Source: an uncultured delta proteobacterium (GTDB lineage Bacteria; Myxococcota; Myxococcia; Myxococcales; Myxococcaceae). Taken from it: 64,000 nt of DNA. The translations under genes were made by a program, and so were the position numbers. Shown one piece after another: positions 38,164-48,773 of the stretch. The DNA lies in assembly GCA_963771175.1 (NCBI GenBank), contig CAVYSY010000040.1, positions 128,001-192,000 on the forward strand. Reading direction: 5' to 3'. The notes under the pieces were generated by a model that ran no database searches, had not been told where the DNA came from, and saw nothing but the letters and a program-made list of their open reading frames with translations. Position 1 is the first letter of the stretch. Every line of letters starts with the position of its first letter.

Positions 38164-40647
38164 ATGACCGAACCGGACCCGTCGCTCCCCGGACCCAGTC
38201 CGCTGGACGCACTCGCCCGCCGCTTCCGGCTCGGTCCCCGGTCGGGCCGGCGCCTGACCAGCCTGCTGCTGTTGACGGTCGTCTCCGTCGCGGCGGGCTT
38301 CGTCATCTCCCCGGGCCTCTTCAGCCAGCAGATTCCGGCCCTTACCGAGGAGCACCTGGGCAAGCCCTTCCGGGCGAGCTCGCCGACGGGTTTCAAGGCG
38401 GGGCGGGACTACGAGATCATCCATCAGGCGATGACCGAGCAGCGGCGCCAGGAGGCGCGCGGCGCGGTGCGGCCGGTGTACGACCTGAGCCCGGGGGTGG
38501 CGTCGGAGATTCGTGCCGTGACGAGCGGGGCCTTCGCGGAGATGCGCGAGCGCCTGGCGGCCAAGGACGCCGCCGAGGCGGCGGCGGAGGGAGTGAAGGC
38601 GCAGCAGGCGCGCAAGCCGGCCGCGTCGCCGGAGGAGCGCGAGCGCCAGCGCCGCGAGCTGGAAGCGCTGCGGGAGGACTTCCAGGTGCTCCTGTTCGGG
38701 CGCAAGGACTCGGCGATCGAGCCCGAGGACTTCCAGGCCCTGTACGCGGCGCGCTTCTCCGAGTCGGTGGAGGTGGCCACCCTGGTGCTGGTGGAGCGGG
38801 CGTACGGCTTCTCGGAGCCCGCGCCGGTGTACGTGGCGGGCTCGCGCGAGGAGCTGTCGCGCCAGGGGCCGCAGGGCATCACCGTGAGGGATCTGCGGCA
38901 CAACGGTGAGCAGATGCTGGCGGGGACGGCGCCCACGGTGGTGGACGTGCGCGAGGCGCACACGGAGCTGGACCGCTTCGCCTCCATTCCGGGCAACCTG
39001 CTGCCGGACTCGCCGGGTGTGCAGCGGCGGGCGGTGCTGCGGCTGGCCAAGCGGCTGGTGCGGCCCAACCTCACCATCAACCTGGCGGAGACGGACGCGC
39101 GGCGGCGCCATGCGGCGGAGGCGGTGAAGGACGCCGTCATCTCCATCAAGAAGGGCCAGCGGGTCATCGGCGATGGCGAGCTGGTCAACGAGACGCATCT
39201 GGTGGCCATCCGGGGCATGCGCGCGCAGACGGACCGGCTGGATCTGGTGCAGCTCCAGGTGGGCGGCACGGGGCTGGTGGCGCTGCTCATCTCGGCCACG
39301 TACCTCTTCTGTCGCGCGGCCTTCCGGCGCTTCCGGCCCACGCGCAAGGACGGCGTGCTGCTGGGCCTGCTGCTGGTGCTGATGCTGGGCTTGCTGCAGC
39401 TCTGGGTGTCCATCGCGGACGCGGTGCAGGACCGGTACGCGGCGCTGCCGCTGGAGGCCTTCTACTACGCCTTCCCGGTGGCGGCCGGGGCCATGCTGGT
39501 GCGCTTCGTCCTCTCCGAGGAGCTGGCGCTCTTCTCCGCGCTGGTGCTGTCGAGCCTCGTCGGGGTGATGCTGGGCAACTCGCTGTCCTTCGGCATCTAC
39601 GCGCTGGTGGGGGCGCTGGTGGCGGCGGACCGCATCACCAAGGCGAAGGACCGGGTGGGCATCTTCAAGGCGGGCCTGGCCACGGGCGCGGTCAACCTGG
39701 TGGCGGTGCTCTGCCTCTTCCTGGCCGAGGGCAAGGGGCTCACCGGCGACACGCTGCTCACGGCCCTGTTCGCCTTCGCGGGCACCTCGGTGGCGGTGCC
39801 GGTGATGGTGATGGCGCTCACGCCGCTCATCGAGTCCGTGTTCGGCTACGCGTCGGACCTGAAGCTGCTGGAGCTGGCCAACCTGAACCACCCGGCGCTC
39901 AAGGAGCTCATCGTCCAGGCTCCGGGCACCTACCACCACTCCATCATCATCGGCACGCTGGTGGAGAACGCGGCGGAGACGATTGGCGCCAACCCGCTGT
40001 TGGCGCGCTCGTGCGCGTACTACCACGACATCGGCAAGGGCCGGAATCCGCTCTACTTCGGTGAGAACCAGAAGGGCGAGAACAAGCACGACAGCCTCGC
40101 TCCGGCGATGAGCGCCGTCATCATCAAGCGCCACGTCACCGAGGGGCTGGAGATGGCGCGCCAGTACCGGCTGCCCAAGCTGGTGGCGGACGCCATTCCC
40201 CAGCACCACGGCACGCGGCTGGTGGGGTACTTCTTCCACAAGGCCGTCAAGGAGCAGGAGGGCAAGGAAGGCGCTCCGCCCATCGACGAGAGCATCTACC
40301 GCTACCCGGGCCCCAAGCCGCAGTTCCGCGAGGCGGCGCTGGTGATGATCGCCGACGCGGTGGAGGCCTCGACGCGCTCGCTGCCCGAGCCCACCACGGT
40401 GCGGCTGCAGGCCCAGGTGCAGAAGATGATCAACCTCATCTTCTCCGAGGGGCAGCTCGATGAGTGTGACCTGACGCTGCGGGACTTGAATCTGATCGCG
40501 CAGTCCTTCCTGCACACGCTGGAGGGCATCTACCATGCGCGTCCGGAGTACCCGGCGGGCGCGCTGCTGGCGGGTCCGAAGGGGCCGGCGCTGTCGGTGG
40601 CGGGGACGAAACAGGACGGCGGTAAGGCGCGCCCGGCGGGCACTTGA
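38164..40647 (+). CDS. 7TM-HD (HDIG) phosphohydrolase, PgpH-like
   Basis: Extracytoplasmic domain, TM block, APGTYHHS, YYHDIGK, YFGENQ, HHGT, RYPGPKPQ, ADAVEA. Confidence 0.92.
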   Translation: MTEPDPSLPGPSPLDALARRFRLGPRSGRRLTSLLLLTVVSVAAGFVISPGLFSQQIPALTEEHLGKPFRASSPTGFKAGRDYEIIHQAMTEQRRQEARGAVRPVYDLSPGVASEIRAVTSGAFAEMRERLAAKDAAEAAAEGVKAQQARKPAASPEERERQRRELEALREDFQVLLFGRKDSAIEPEDFQALYAARFSESVEVATLVLVERAYGFSEPAPVYVAGSREELSRQGPQGITVRDLRHNGEQMLAGTAPTVVDVREAHTELDRFASIPGNLLPDSPGVQRRAVLRLAKRLVRPNLTINLAETDARRRHAAEAVKDAVISIKKGQRVIGDGELVNETHLVAIRGMRAQTDRLDLVQLQVGGTGLVALLISATYLFCRAAFRRFRPTRKDGVLLGLLLVLMLGLLQLWVSIADAVQDRYAALPLEAFYYAFPVAAGAMLVRFVLSEELALFSALVLSSLVGVMLGNSLSFGIYALVGALVAADRITKAKDRVGIFKAGLATGAVNLVAVLCLFLAEGKGLTGDTLLTALFAFAGTSVAVPVMVMALTPLIESVFGYASDLKLLELANLNHPALKELIVQAPGTYHHSIIIGTLVENAAETIGANPLLARSCAYYHDIGKGRNPLYFGENQKGENKHDSLAPAMSAVIIKRHVTEGLEMARQYRLPKLVADAIPQHHGTRLVGYFFHKAVKEQEGKEGAPPIDESIYRYPGPKPQFREAALVMIADAVEASTRSLPEPTTVRLQAQVQKMINLIFSEGQLDECDLTLRDLNLIAQSFLHTLEGIYHARPEYPAGALLAGPKGPALSVAGTKQDGGKARPAGT

Positions 40648-40672
40648 GGCGCGAGGCCGGAGGAGGCCGAAC

Positions 40673-41518
40673 GTGAAGCTGCGCAAGGGCAAGATCATCC
40701 CGCGAGAGGATGGGAAGCGAATCGAGGAGTTCGTGGGTGCCGCGACGACGGGCACCGAGTCCATGTCGGTGGCGCGGATGTTGGCGCCGCCGGGCTGGAG
40801 CGAGCCGGCGCAGACGCCCGAGTTCGACGAGGTGGTCATCGTCCTCAAGGGCGAGCTGACGCTGGTGGTGGAGGGCCGGCGGCAGCGCGTGGGCGAAGGG
40901 GAGATGGGGCTGGTGCCTCAGGGCAAGCGGGTGGTGTACCGCAACGACGGGCAGGGGGCGTGTGACTACTACTCGGTCTGCGCGCCGGCCTTCCGGGTGG
41001 AGCTGGCGCACATCGAGGAGGCGTCCGAGGAGCCCGAGGCCAACCGGGTGACGGTGCAGGTGGCGCACCCGCAGGGCAAGCGCTTCGCGAAGCAGGTGAC
41101 GGAGCTGTCGGAGACGTTCCTGGAGAAGCTGGAGCTGACGGGCAGCGAGCTGTCCATCTCGCTGGTGGGAGACCACGCCATCCGCCGGCTCAACCGGATG
41201 TGGCGCAAGAAGGACAAGGCGACGGACGTGCTGAGCTTCCCGGCGGGGGACCTGCCGAAGGGCACGCCGGGGCCGAGGCAACTCGGGGACGTGGTCATCT
41301 CGCTGGACACGGCGAAGCGGCAGGCGAAGGAGTACGAGCGCACGCTGGAGGCCGAGGTGGCGCGCTACCTGGCGCACGGGCTGCTGCACCTGCTGGGCTA
41401 CGACCACGAGCGGCCGCGCGACGCGCAGAAGATGGCGCGCACGGAGGAGGCGCTGCTGGGCGAGAGCGGCATGGTGGGCGACGCGGTGGCCCCGCGGGCC
41501 CGCAAGCTCATGACCTGA
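40673..41518 (+). CDS. ybeY: rRNA maturation RNase YbeY fused to an N-terminal cupin domain
   Basis: GTG after AGGAGG; cupin part IEEFVG..SVARM.APPGWSEP.QTPEFDE; YbeY part LNR.WR.KDKATDVLSFP, LGDVVIS, HGLLHLLGYDH. Confidence 0.9.
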   Translation: MKLRKGKIIPREDGKRIEEFVGAATTGTESMSVARMLAPPGWSEPAQTPEFDEVVIVLKGELTLVVEGRRQRVGEGEMGLVPQGKRVVYRNDGQGACDYYSVCAPAFRVELAHIEEASEEPEANRVTVQVAHPQGKRFAKQVTELSETFLEKLELTGSELSISLVGDHAIRRLNRMWRKKDKATDVLSFPAGDLPKGTPGPRQLGDVVISLDTAKRQAKEYERTLEAEVARYLAHGLLHLLGYDHERPRDAQKMARTEEALLGESGMVGDAVAPRARKLMT

Positions 41519-41542
41519 TGGAACTGGGGTGGGGGATGACCC

Positions 41543-41932
41543 TCACCCTGGTGACTCATCCTCCAGTTCCTGAGGGGACAGGGAGCGCACGAGCATCCAG
41601 ATGTCCTTGCGCTGGCGCGCGACGACGTGAGTCAGTCCGGCGACCTTCACCAGGACTCCCACCGTCGGCTGTGCCAGCGACTGCAACCAGCGCCGCGCCT
41701 CGTCCATGCTGGCGAACTCGTGCTCGACACGGATGACCTCGGTGGCCGGCCGGTCATACACCTGGAGTCGCTCCCGGAATTCGTCCAACTCCTCCCGGGC
41801 CTGGATGAAGTGGAGCGCCCTGGCGGCCAGCTCGATGTAGGCACTCTCCTTGGAGGAGGGCGGAAAGCCCTGCGCGACTTTCCCCAGGCACTCCAGAACC
41901 TTCTCGACATCGAAATCCACAGGGCTCTGCAT
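41543..41932 (-). CDS. Hypothetical protein (orphan immunity-like myxobacterial family)
   Basis: GGAGGT SD before ATG 41932; 129 aa with F.S.DEARRWL..VKVAG motif. Confidence 0.6.
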   Translation of the reverse strand: MQSPVDFDVEKVLECLGKVAQGFPPSSKESAYIELAARALHFIQAREELDEFRERLQVYDRPATEVIRVEHEFASMDEARRWLQSLAQPTVGVLVKVAGLTHVVARQRKDIWMLVRSLSPQELEDESPG

Positions 41933-41967
41933 AGCCACCTCCTTTGGTCTCTGTTGCAGTGCAGGGC

Positions 41968-42120
41968 TCACTTGTCCAGGCACTCGGAGATGGCGTTACG
42001 CATCAGCGTGTGCGCCTCCCGGTGTCCGGGCGTCGTGAAGAGCAGATCCATCAGGAACTGGAACTCCTTCCGGCCCAGCCCGTAGAGCTGTGCCATGAGG
42101 GCGTTGATCTTCGCAGCGCG
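41968..42120 (-). pseudogene. C-terminal remnant of a type IIG (Eco57I-like) restriction-modification enzyme
   Basis: RAAKINALMAQLYGLGRKEFQFLMDLLF resembles the RAELDALVAxLYGLxxEExxYIL tail of these enzymes; no upstream body is present. Confidence 0.45.
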
Positions 42121-42224
42121 GGGCCCCGGACCACTGAACGCCCGCTCACCTGTCGGGCACACACGGGGTTGAGTCGGGCGTTATGCGTGATAGGTAGGCC
42201 CGCCCTCGTTTGTTGGGACGGACA

Positions 42225-43529
42225 ATGCCCCGCCTTGCCCCATTGCTGACCTGCCTGCTTGGCCTGCTGCTGTTGGCCGCGACTCCGGCCCGCGCCCAAG
42301 ACCTGCCTCCCTGGGGGACGGGCGAGAGCAAGGGCGAGGACCTCTCCATCTACCTGGTGACCTTCGGGCCCGGCGACGATGTGGCCTCGTGGTGGGGGCA
42401 CGGCTCGCTGGTGGTGGAGGACCGGCGGCTGCAGCGCTCGCGCCTCTACAACTATGGGATGTTCTCCTTCGACGAGCGCATGCTGGCGCGCTACGCGATG
42501 GGGCGGCTCGAGTTCTGGGTGGACGACGCGAGCCCCTCGGCGACGTTCCGCTTCTACCGGTCGTTGGATCGGGACGTGCGGCTGCAGGAGCTGAACCTGT
42601 CGTCGGCGCAGAAGGTGGAGATGGGTCGGCTGCTGGCGGAGAACGTGCTGCCGGAGAACCGCAACTACCTCTACCAGCACTACGACGACAACTGCGTGAC
42701 GCGGCTGCGCGACGGCATCGACAAGGTGCTGGGCGGGCAGCTCCACCAGGCGATGAGCGGCCCCGGGCGGATGACGTTGCGCGAGCACACGCGCCGCTAC
42801 ACGTCCGTCGGCCCGGGCATGAGCCTGCTGCTCGACTTCCTGATGAACGACGAGATCGACCGGCCCGTCTCCCGCTGGCAGGAGGCGTTCCTCCCGGACG
42901 AGCTGGAGCGGCAGGTGGCGGAGATGCAGATGGTGGGCGAGGACGGGCAGAAGCACCCGCTGGTGGCGAAGACCACCGTCCTCTACGCGGCGCAGGGCCG
43001 CCCGGCCACTCCCGCCGAGCCCCCGAAGTACGGGCCGGTGCTGCTCTTCTTCGGCCTGGCGCTCGGCGGGGCCGCGGTGGGCCTATCGCTGTGGGGCCGG
43101 CGGAGCGGTGCCCGGGCTCCTCGCATCCTGCTCGGCTTGCAGAACGTGCTGATGGGGCTGGTGTTCGGAATTCCGGGTCTGGCGCTGTTCATCATGTGGC
43201 TGGGAACGGAGCACACGGTGACGTGGCGCAACGAGAACCTCTTCCTGGCCAACCCGTTCACGGTGCTGGCGGTGCCGCTGGGCCTCCAGATGATGTTCGG
43301 CTCGACGAAGGCGCGCGATCGGCTGCGGCGCCTGTGGTGGAGGCTGGCGTTGCTGGGCGAGCTGGGGCTGGTGCTGAAGGTGCTGCCCATGTTCGACCAG
43401 GACAACTGGCGCCTCATCGCCTTCATCCTGCCCATCTCGGTGGGCATGGCGGCGGCGCTGAAGCTGGCCTGTGCTCCGGCGACGGGCCCGGCCTCGGAGT
43501 CACTGACTTCTTCCCTGAAGGCTTCCTGA
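42225..43529 (+). CDS. DUF4105 / Lnb-like protein (putative lipoprotein N-acyltransferase)
   Basis: Signal peptide; LVTFGPG..WGH, YNYGMFSF, QELNL, Y.Y..DNC.TR.RD, FLPDEL, then several C-terminal TM helices. Confidence 0.8.
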   Translation: MPRLAPLLTCLLGLLLLAATPARAQDLPPWGTGESKGEDLSIYLVTFGPGDDVASWWGHGSLVVEDRRLQRSRLYNYGMFSFDERMLARYAMGRLEFWVDDASPSATFRFYRSLDRDVRLQELNLSSAQKVEMGRLLAENVLPENRNYLYQHYDDNCVTRLRDGIDKVLGGQLHQAMSGPGRMTLREHTRRYTSVGPGMSLLLDFLMNDEIDRPVSRWQEAFLPDELERQVAEMQMVGEDGQKHPLVAKTTVLYAAQGRPATPAEPPKYGPVLLFFGLALGGAAVGLSLWGRRSGARAPRILLGLQNVLMGLVFGIPGLALFIMWLGTEHTVTWRNENLFLANPFTVLAVPLGLQMMFGSTKARDRLRRLWWRLALLGELGLVLKVLPMFDQDNWRLIAFILPISVGMAAALKLACAPATGPASESLTSSLKAS

Positions 43530-43586
43530 AATAGAAGATTCGGCAATCGCGCGCGGGGTCCCCTCGCGCGCACACTGAGGACATCC

Positions 43587-44706
43587 ATGGCGAACGATTC
43601 GACGGAGAAGATCAACGGCCTGCGGGAGCGCCTCCTGGCGCTCCGGGGGTCTCTTTGACGTCGACCGCAAGAGGACCCGCATCGCGCTGATCGAGCGCGA
43701 GTCCACGCTGCCCGACTTCTGGAACGACAACGTCAAGGCGCAGGCGATGCTGAAGGAGAAGACCACGCTGGAGTCGAGCGTGGGCGCCTTCGAGAAGACG
43801 CAGCGGGGCCTCGACGACGCCAAGGCGCTCTTCGAGCTGGCGGCCGAGGCCAACGACGAGGACAGCGCGAAGGAGGCCGAGGCGTCGCTACCACGCTCGA
43901 GTCGGACGTCGCGAAGCTCGAGCTGGAGCGGATGCTCTCGGGCGAGCAGGACCGGTCCAACTGCTTCATCGACATCAACGCGGGCGCCGGCGGCACCGAG
44001 TCGATGGACTGGGCCTCGATGCTCTTGCGCATGTACACGCGCTACTGCGAGCGCAAGGGCTGGAAGGTCGAGATCAACGACCAGCAGGACGGGCGAAGAG
44101 GCGGGCATCAAGAACGCCTCGCTGCGCATCGAGGGCGAGTTCGCCTACGGCTACATGAAGGCCGAGATGGGCGTGCACCGGCTGGTGCGCATCAGCCCCT
44201 TCGACGCCAACGCGCGCCGGCACACCACCTTCGCCTCGGTCGACGTGTACCCGGAGGTCGACGACACCATCAAGATCGACATCCCGGAGAAGGACTACGA
44301 GCTGAAGTTCATCCGCGGCGGTGGCGCGGGCGGCCAGAAGGTCAACAAGACCAGCTCGACGGCGCAGCTGCGCCACCTGCCCACCAACATCGTCATCACC
44401 TGCCAGACCGAGCGCTCGCAGAGCGCCAACAAGGACATGGCCTTCAAGATCCTCCGGGCCCGCCTCTACGAGCTCGAGCTCAAGAAGCGCGAGGCGGAGC
44501 AGGCCGCCGCCGAGGCGCAGAAGAAGGACATCTCCTTCGGCTCGCAGATTCGCAGCTACGTGCTCGCGCCGTACCGGATGGTGAAGGACCTGCGCACCGG
44601 CGTGGAGACGGGCAACGTCGACAAGGTGCTCGACGGAGAGCTCGAGGAGTTCATCACCGCCCAGCTCATGGGCGTGAAGAACCCCAACCGCAACGCCCCC
44701 GAATAG
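43587..44706 (+). CDS. prfB: Peptide chain release factor 2 (programmed +1 frameshift; two further compensating indels near 43890 and 44091)
   Basis: CTT TGA C at codon 23; [38 protein letters not shown]. Confidence 0.96.
43644..43659 (+). promoter_or_regulatory. RF2 +1 ribosomal frameshift cassette (internal SD-like GGGGG, CTT-TGA-C)
   Basis: CGG GGG TCT CTT TGA C matches the canonical AGG GGG TAT CTT TGA C. Confidence 0.95.
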
Positions 44707-44721
44707 CCCGGAAAATGGGCG

Positions 44722-44749
44722 GGAACCTTTCCGCGACCCGGTTGTCCAA
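44722..44749 (+). promoter_or_regulatory. ECF-type promoter GGAACC-N16-GTCCAA upstream of the ECF sigma gene
   Basis: The motif and the 16-nt spacing are read directly; ECF autoregulation is common. Confidence 0.6.
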
Positions 44750-44759
44750 GGTCGCGGAA
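44729..44759. other. Perfect 10-bp inverted repeat TTCCGCGACC-N11-GGTCGCGGAA (prfB 3' hairpin or operator)
   Basis: Seen directly; no clear U-tract follows it. Confidence 0.6.
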
Positions 44760-44866
44760 CGGGGAGCGGTGGGGTGGGGTAGGATGGAATCGCGCGGTAC
44801 AGGCCGCGCGGGAGGTCACCGGTGTCTTCGAGCGGGGTGCTCGGGATGGAGCTGGAGGGGACGTCG

Positions 44867-45457
44867 GTGACCGGCGAGTCCGACGCGGCGGCGCGCGAGG
44901 AGCGGTTGTTGCTCGCGCGGCTGCGGCGAGGCGAGCCGGGGGCCTTCGAGGAGCTGGTGCGGGCGCACCAGGACCGGCTCTACGACTTCTGCGTGCGGAT
45001 GGTGGGGGATCGGGAGGAGGCGAACGATCTGGTGCAGGACATCTTCGTGAGCGCCCACCAGAACCTCACGAAGTTCCGCGAGGACGCGAAGCTGTCCACG
45101 TGGTTGTTCCGGATTGGAAAGAACCACTGCATCAACCGGCTGAAGTACCTGAAGCGGCGGGGCAGGGGGCGGTCGGAGGAGTACGGGGAGCAGAACGAGG
45201 GGGCGCTGGCGGAGCTGTTGGGCTCGCCGCCGGGGCCGGACGCGGCGTTGGATGCGGCGCGGGAGCAGGCGCGGGTCCAGTGGGCCATCTCGCAGCTCGA
45301 GGCGGACGCGCGGATGCTGGTGGCGCTGCGGGACATCGAGGGGCTGTCCTACGAGGAGATCGTCGACATCACCGAGCTGCCGTTGGGAACCGTGAAGAGT
45401 CGGCTCCACCGGGCGCGGGAGAAGCTGGCGAATCTCCTGGGGCGGCTTGAGGAATGA
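44867..45457 (+). CDS. ECF RNA polymerase sigma-70 factor
   Basis: [26 protein letters not shown], region 4 [23 protein letters not shown] after GGAGGGG (ATG 44846 is an alternative). Confidence 0.93.
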   Translation: MTGESDAAAREERLLLARLRRGEPGAFEELVRAHQDRLYDFCVRMVGDREEANDLVQDIFVSAHQNLTKFREDAKLSTWLFRIGKNHCINRLKYLKRRGRGRSEEYGEQNEGALAELLGSPPGPDAALDAAREQARVQWAISQLEADARMLVALRDIEGLSYEEIVDITELPLGTVKSRLHRAREKLANLLGRLEE

Positions 45458-45483
45458 ACGGTTTTCAGCGGAGACTCCGGGAC

Positions 45484-45837
45484 ATGCCAGCACAGCTCAG
45501 CCACCGCGAGACCAAGGCTCTGTTCATCGCCCTCGCCGACGAGGAGCTTCCGGCCGAGAAGGCCGACGCCGTGCGGTCGCACCTGGACGGGTGCGGCGAG
45601 TGCCAGCGGGGCTGGCAGAGCTACTCGAGTACCGTGCTGCGGCTGCGCAAGGTGGAGAAGCAGAAGGCCCCGCCGGCGCTCGCCTCGATGGTGATGACGC
45701 GGGTGAAGCGGCAGCGGCGCTTCGGGCTGAAGAAGCTGCACATGATGCACGCGCAGTACCGCTTGCCGGTGGAGATCCTCATTCCGCTGCTCATCGCGGC
45801 GGCGGTGGGGGCCTTCCTCATCATGTCCGCGCCCTGA
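45484..45837 (+). CDS. Zinc-finger (zf-HC2) anti-sigma factor
   Basis: HLDGCGEC (HxxxCxxC) and a C-terminal TM helix. Confidence 0.88.
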   Translation: MPAQLSHRETKALFIALADEELPAEKADAVRSHLDGCGECQRGWQSYSSTVLRLRKVEKQKAPPALASMVMTRVKRQRRFGLKKLHMMHAQYRLPVEILIPLLIAAAVGAFLIMSAP

Positions 45838-45849
45838 GGCGCGAGGCCA

Positions 45850-46737
45850 TCAGTCGAGAGGCAGGCTGCACAGCCAGCGATTGTGGTCAGGAGCCTCGGT
45901 GCACTTCAGGCCTGGGCCACACGTATCGGGCGTATCGGGCCTGCACGGTTTCCGGCAGGCGCCGAAGTCGCAGAGGGAGCCGGTGGGGCAGGGGGTGTTC
46001 TCGTCACAAGGAGTGATGCACTCCATCCAGACGGCCCCTCGATCGCCGGATGAGGTCATCTTGACGCAGCGCTGGCCCTCGGCGCACGCACGCTCCTGAC
46101 AGTCGTGTCCCCGGACCTTCGCGCATGTGGAGAGGCCCGAGTTGAACCGGACGCATTGCCGCCCCTCTTGGCAGCCCTGGCCTTCGCATGTGGGAAGACA
46201 CGAGATTCCGTTGGGCCCTTTTCCACAGAAGAATCCCTCGGGGCAGCTCGAAGGTTCCTCCATGAGGCAAGGTCGACCGCAGTAGACGTTGCAGACGAGC
46301 CCCCGCGCGCAGACATCCACCCGGGCGCTCGAACGTTCGATGCAGGGTTCCCCTTCTCTGGCCGTGCCTTCGAGTACACAGCGGCGCAGCAAGGGAGTGC
46401 CTCCCAGCGGTTGCAGCGTCTCGCAGGTGAAGCCTTCGGGGCACTGCAGGTTCGTCATGCAGTTGCTGGCGAGGCAGAGGCTCTCGCCTCCGGTGATGGG
46501 ACTCAGGCAGCCCAGAGGCGGAGCGCAATCTCCGGGTTCCTGGCAGCGACGCCCATAGGTCAGGAACTGGCGGCGCTCGAGGTCGGAAAGCATGGGGCTG
46601 ACCTCCGGGGCATCAGGAGCCTGGGTCCCGCGCTGTCCGTTCAACGCAAGTCTTCCGGTGAAGACGAGCGGCAGCACCAGGAGCAGTCCGGCGGCGATGC
46701 CGAATGCTGTGCGCCCCTTTTTCAAGGGCACCTCCAT
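45850..46737 (-). CDS. Membrane-anchored Cys-rich repeat protein (32 Cys)
   Basis: N-terminal hydrophobic anchor, then CxxxxxCPEGFxC-type repeats. Confidence 0.8.
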   Translation of the reverse strand: MEVPLKKGRTAFGIAAGLLLVLPLVFTGRLALNGQRGTQAPDAPEVSPMLSDLERRQFLTYGRRCQEPGDCAPPLGCLSPITGGESLCLASNCMTNLQCPEGFTCETLQPLGGTPLLRRCVLEGTAREGEPCIERSSARVDVCARGLVCNVYCGRPCLMEEPSSCPEGFFCGKGPNGISCLPTCEGQGCQEGRQCVRFNSGLSTCAKVRGHDCQERACAEGQRCVKMTSSGDRGAVWMECITPCDENTPCPTGSLCDFGACRKPCRPDTPDTCGPGLKCTEAPDHNRWLCSLPLD

Positions 46738-46940
46738 CGGCAGGTCTCGCGGTCACCCGGATCCGTGCACGACCACACCTGCAACTCGCCGTCCTTGCAC
46801 CGTTGATGCTCCTCAAGCTCATCCTGGATGTCCTGCCGGATGGCCTTATCCATCTTGCCGTCGATTCCGTAGGTCTCCGGGCATCCCGTCCCAACGGTGA
46901 GCAGCAGCAATGAGGATGCGAGCGCAACACGTCCAGGCAT
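46722..46940 (-). CDS. Small lipoprotein (72 aa)
   Basis: GAGAGGGGG SD; signal with GTG-C lipobox, CPETYGIDGKMDKAIRQD, four C-terminal Cys. Confidence 0.7.
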   Translation of the reverse strand: MPGRVALASSLLLLTVGTGCPETYGIDGKMDKAIRQDIQDELEEHQRCKDGELQVWSCTDPGDRETCRWRCP

Positions 46941-47216
46941 CAGCCCCCCTCTCGTTTCCCTTGCCATGGGAATGTTAGCACCACCGCTTGCCCTGACCGT
47001 GCCCCGAGTTCATGGGGCGTTACTTGAGAGGTCAGGTCGATACGCATAACCTCCGCGCCCATGCTCGGCATGAGGGGCTTGCTCTCCCGAAGAGACTGCG
47101 GGCACAGGTCACGTCCGTCCGCCCCGGTCCGCGCCCGCTCGGGAACATCCCCCGTACCCATTCGTTGCGTCCCGGGGTTGGCTTGGCTACGGTGCCGCGC
47201 CCCTACGGGATGCCCC

Positions 47217-48761
<1,545 letters not shown>

Positions 48762-48773
48762 GCAGGAACCCTC

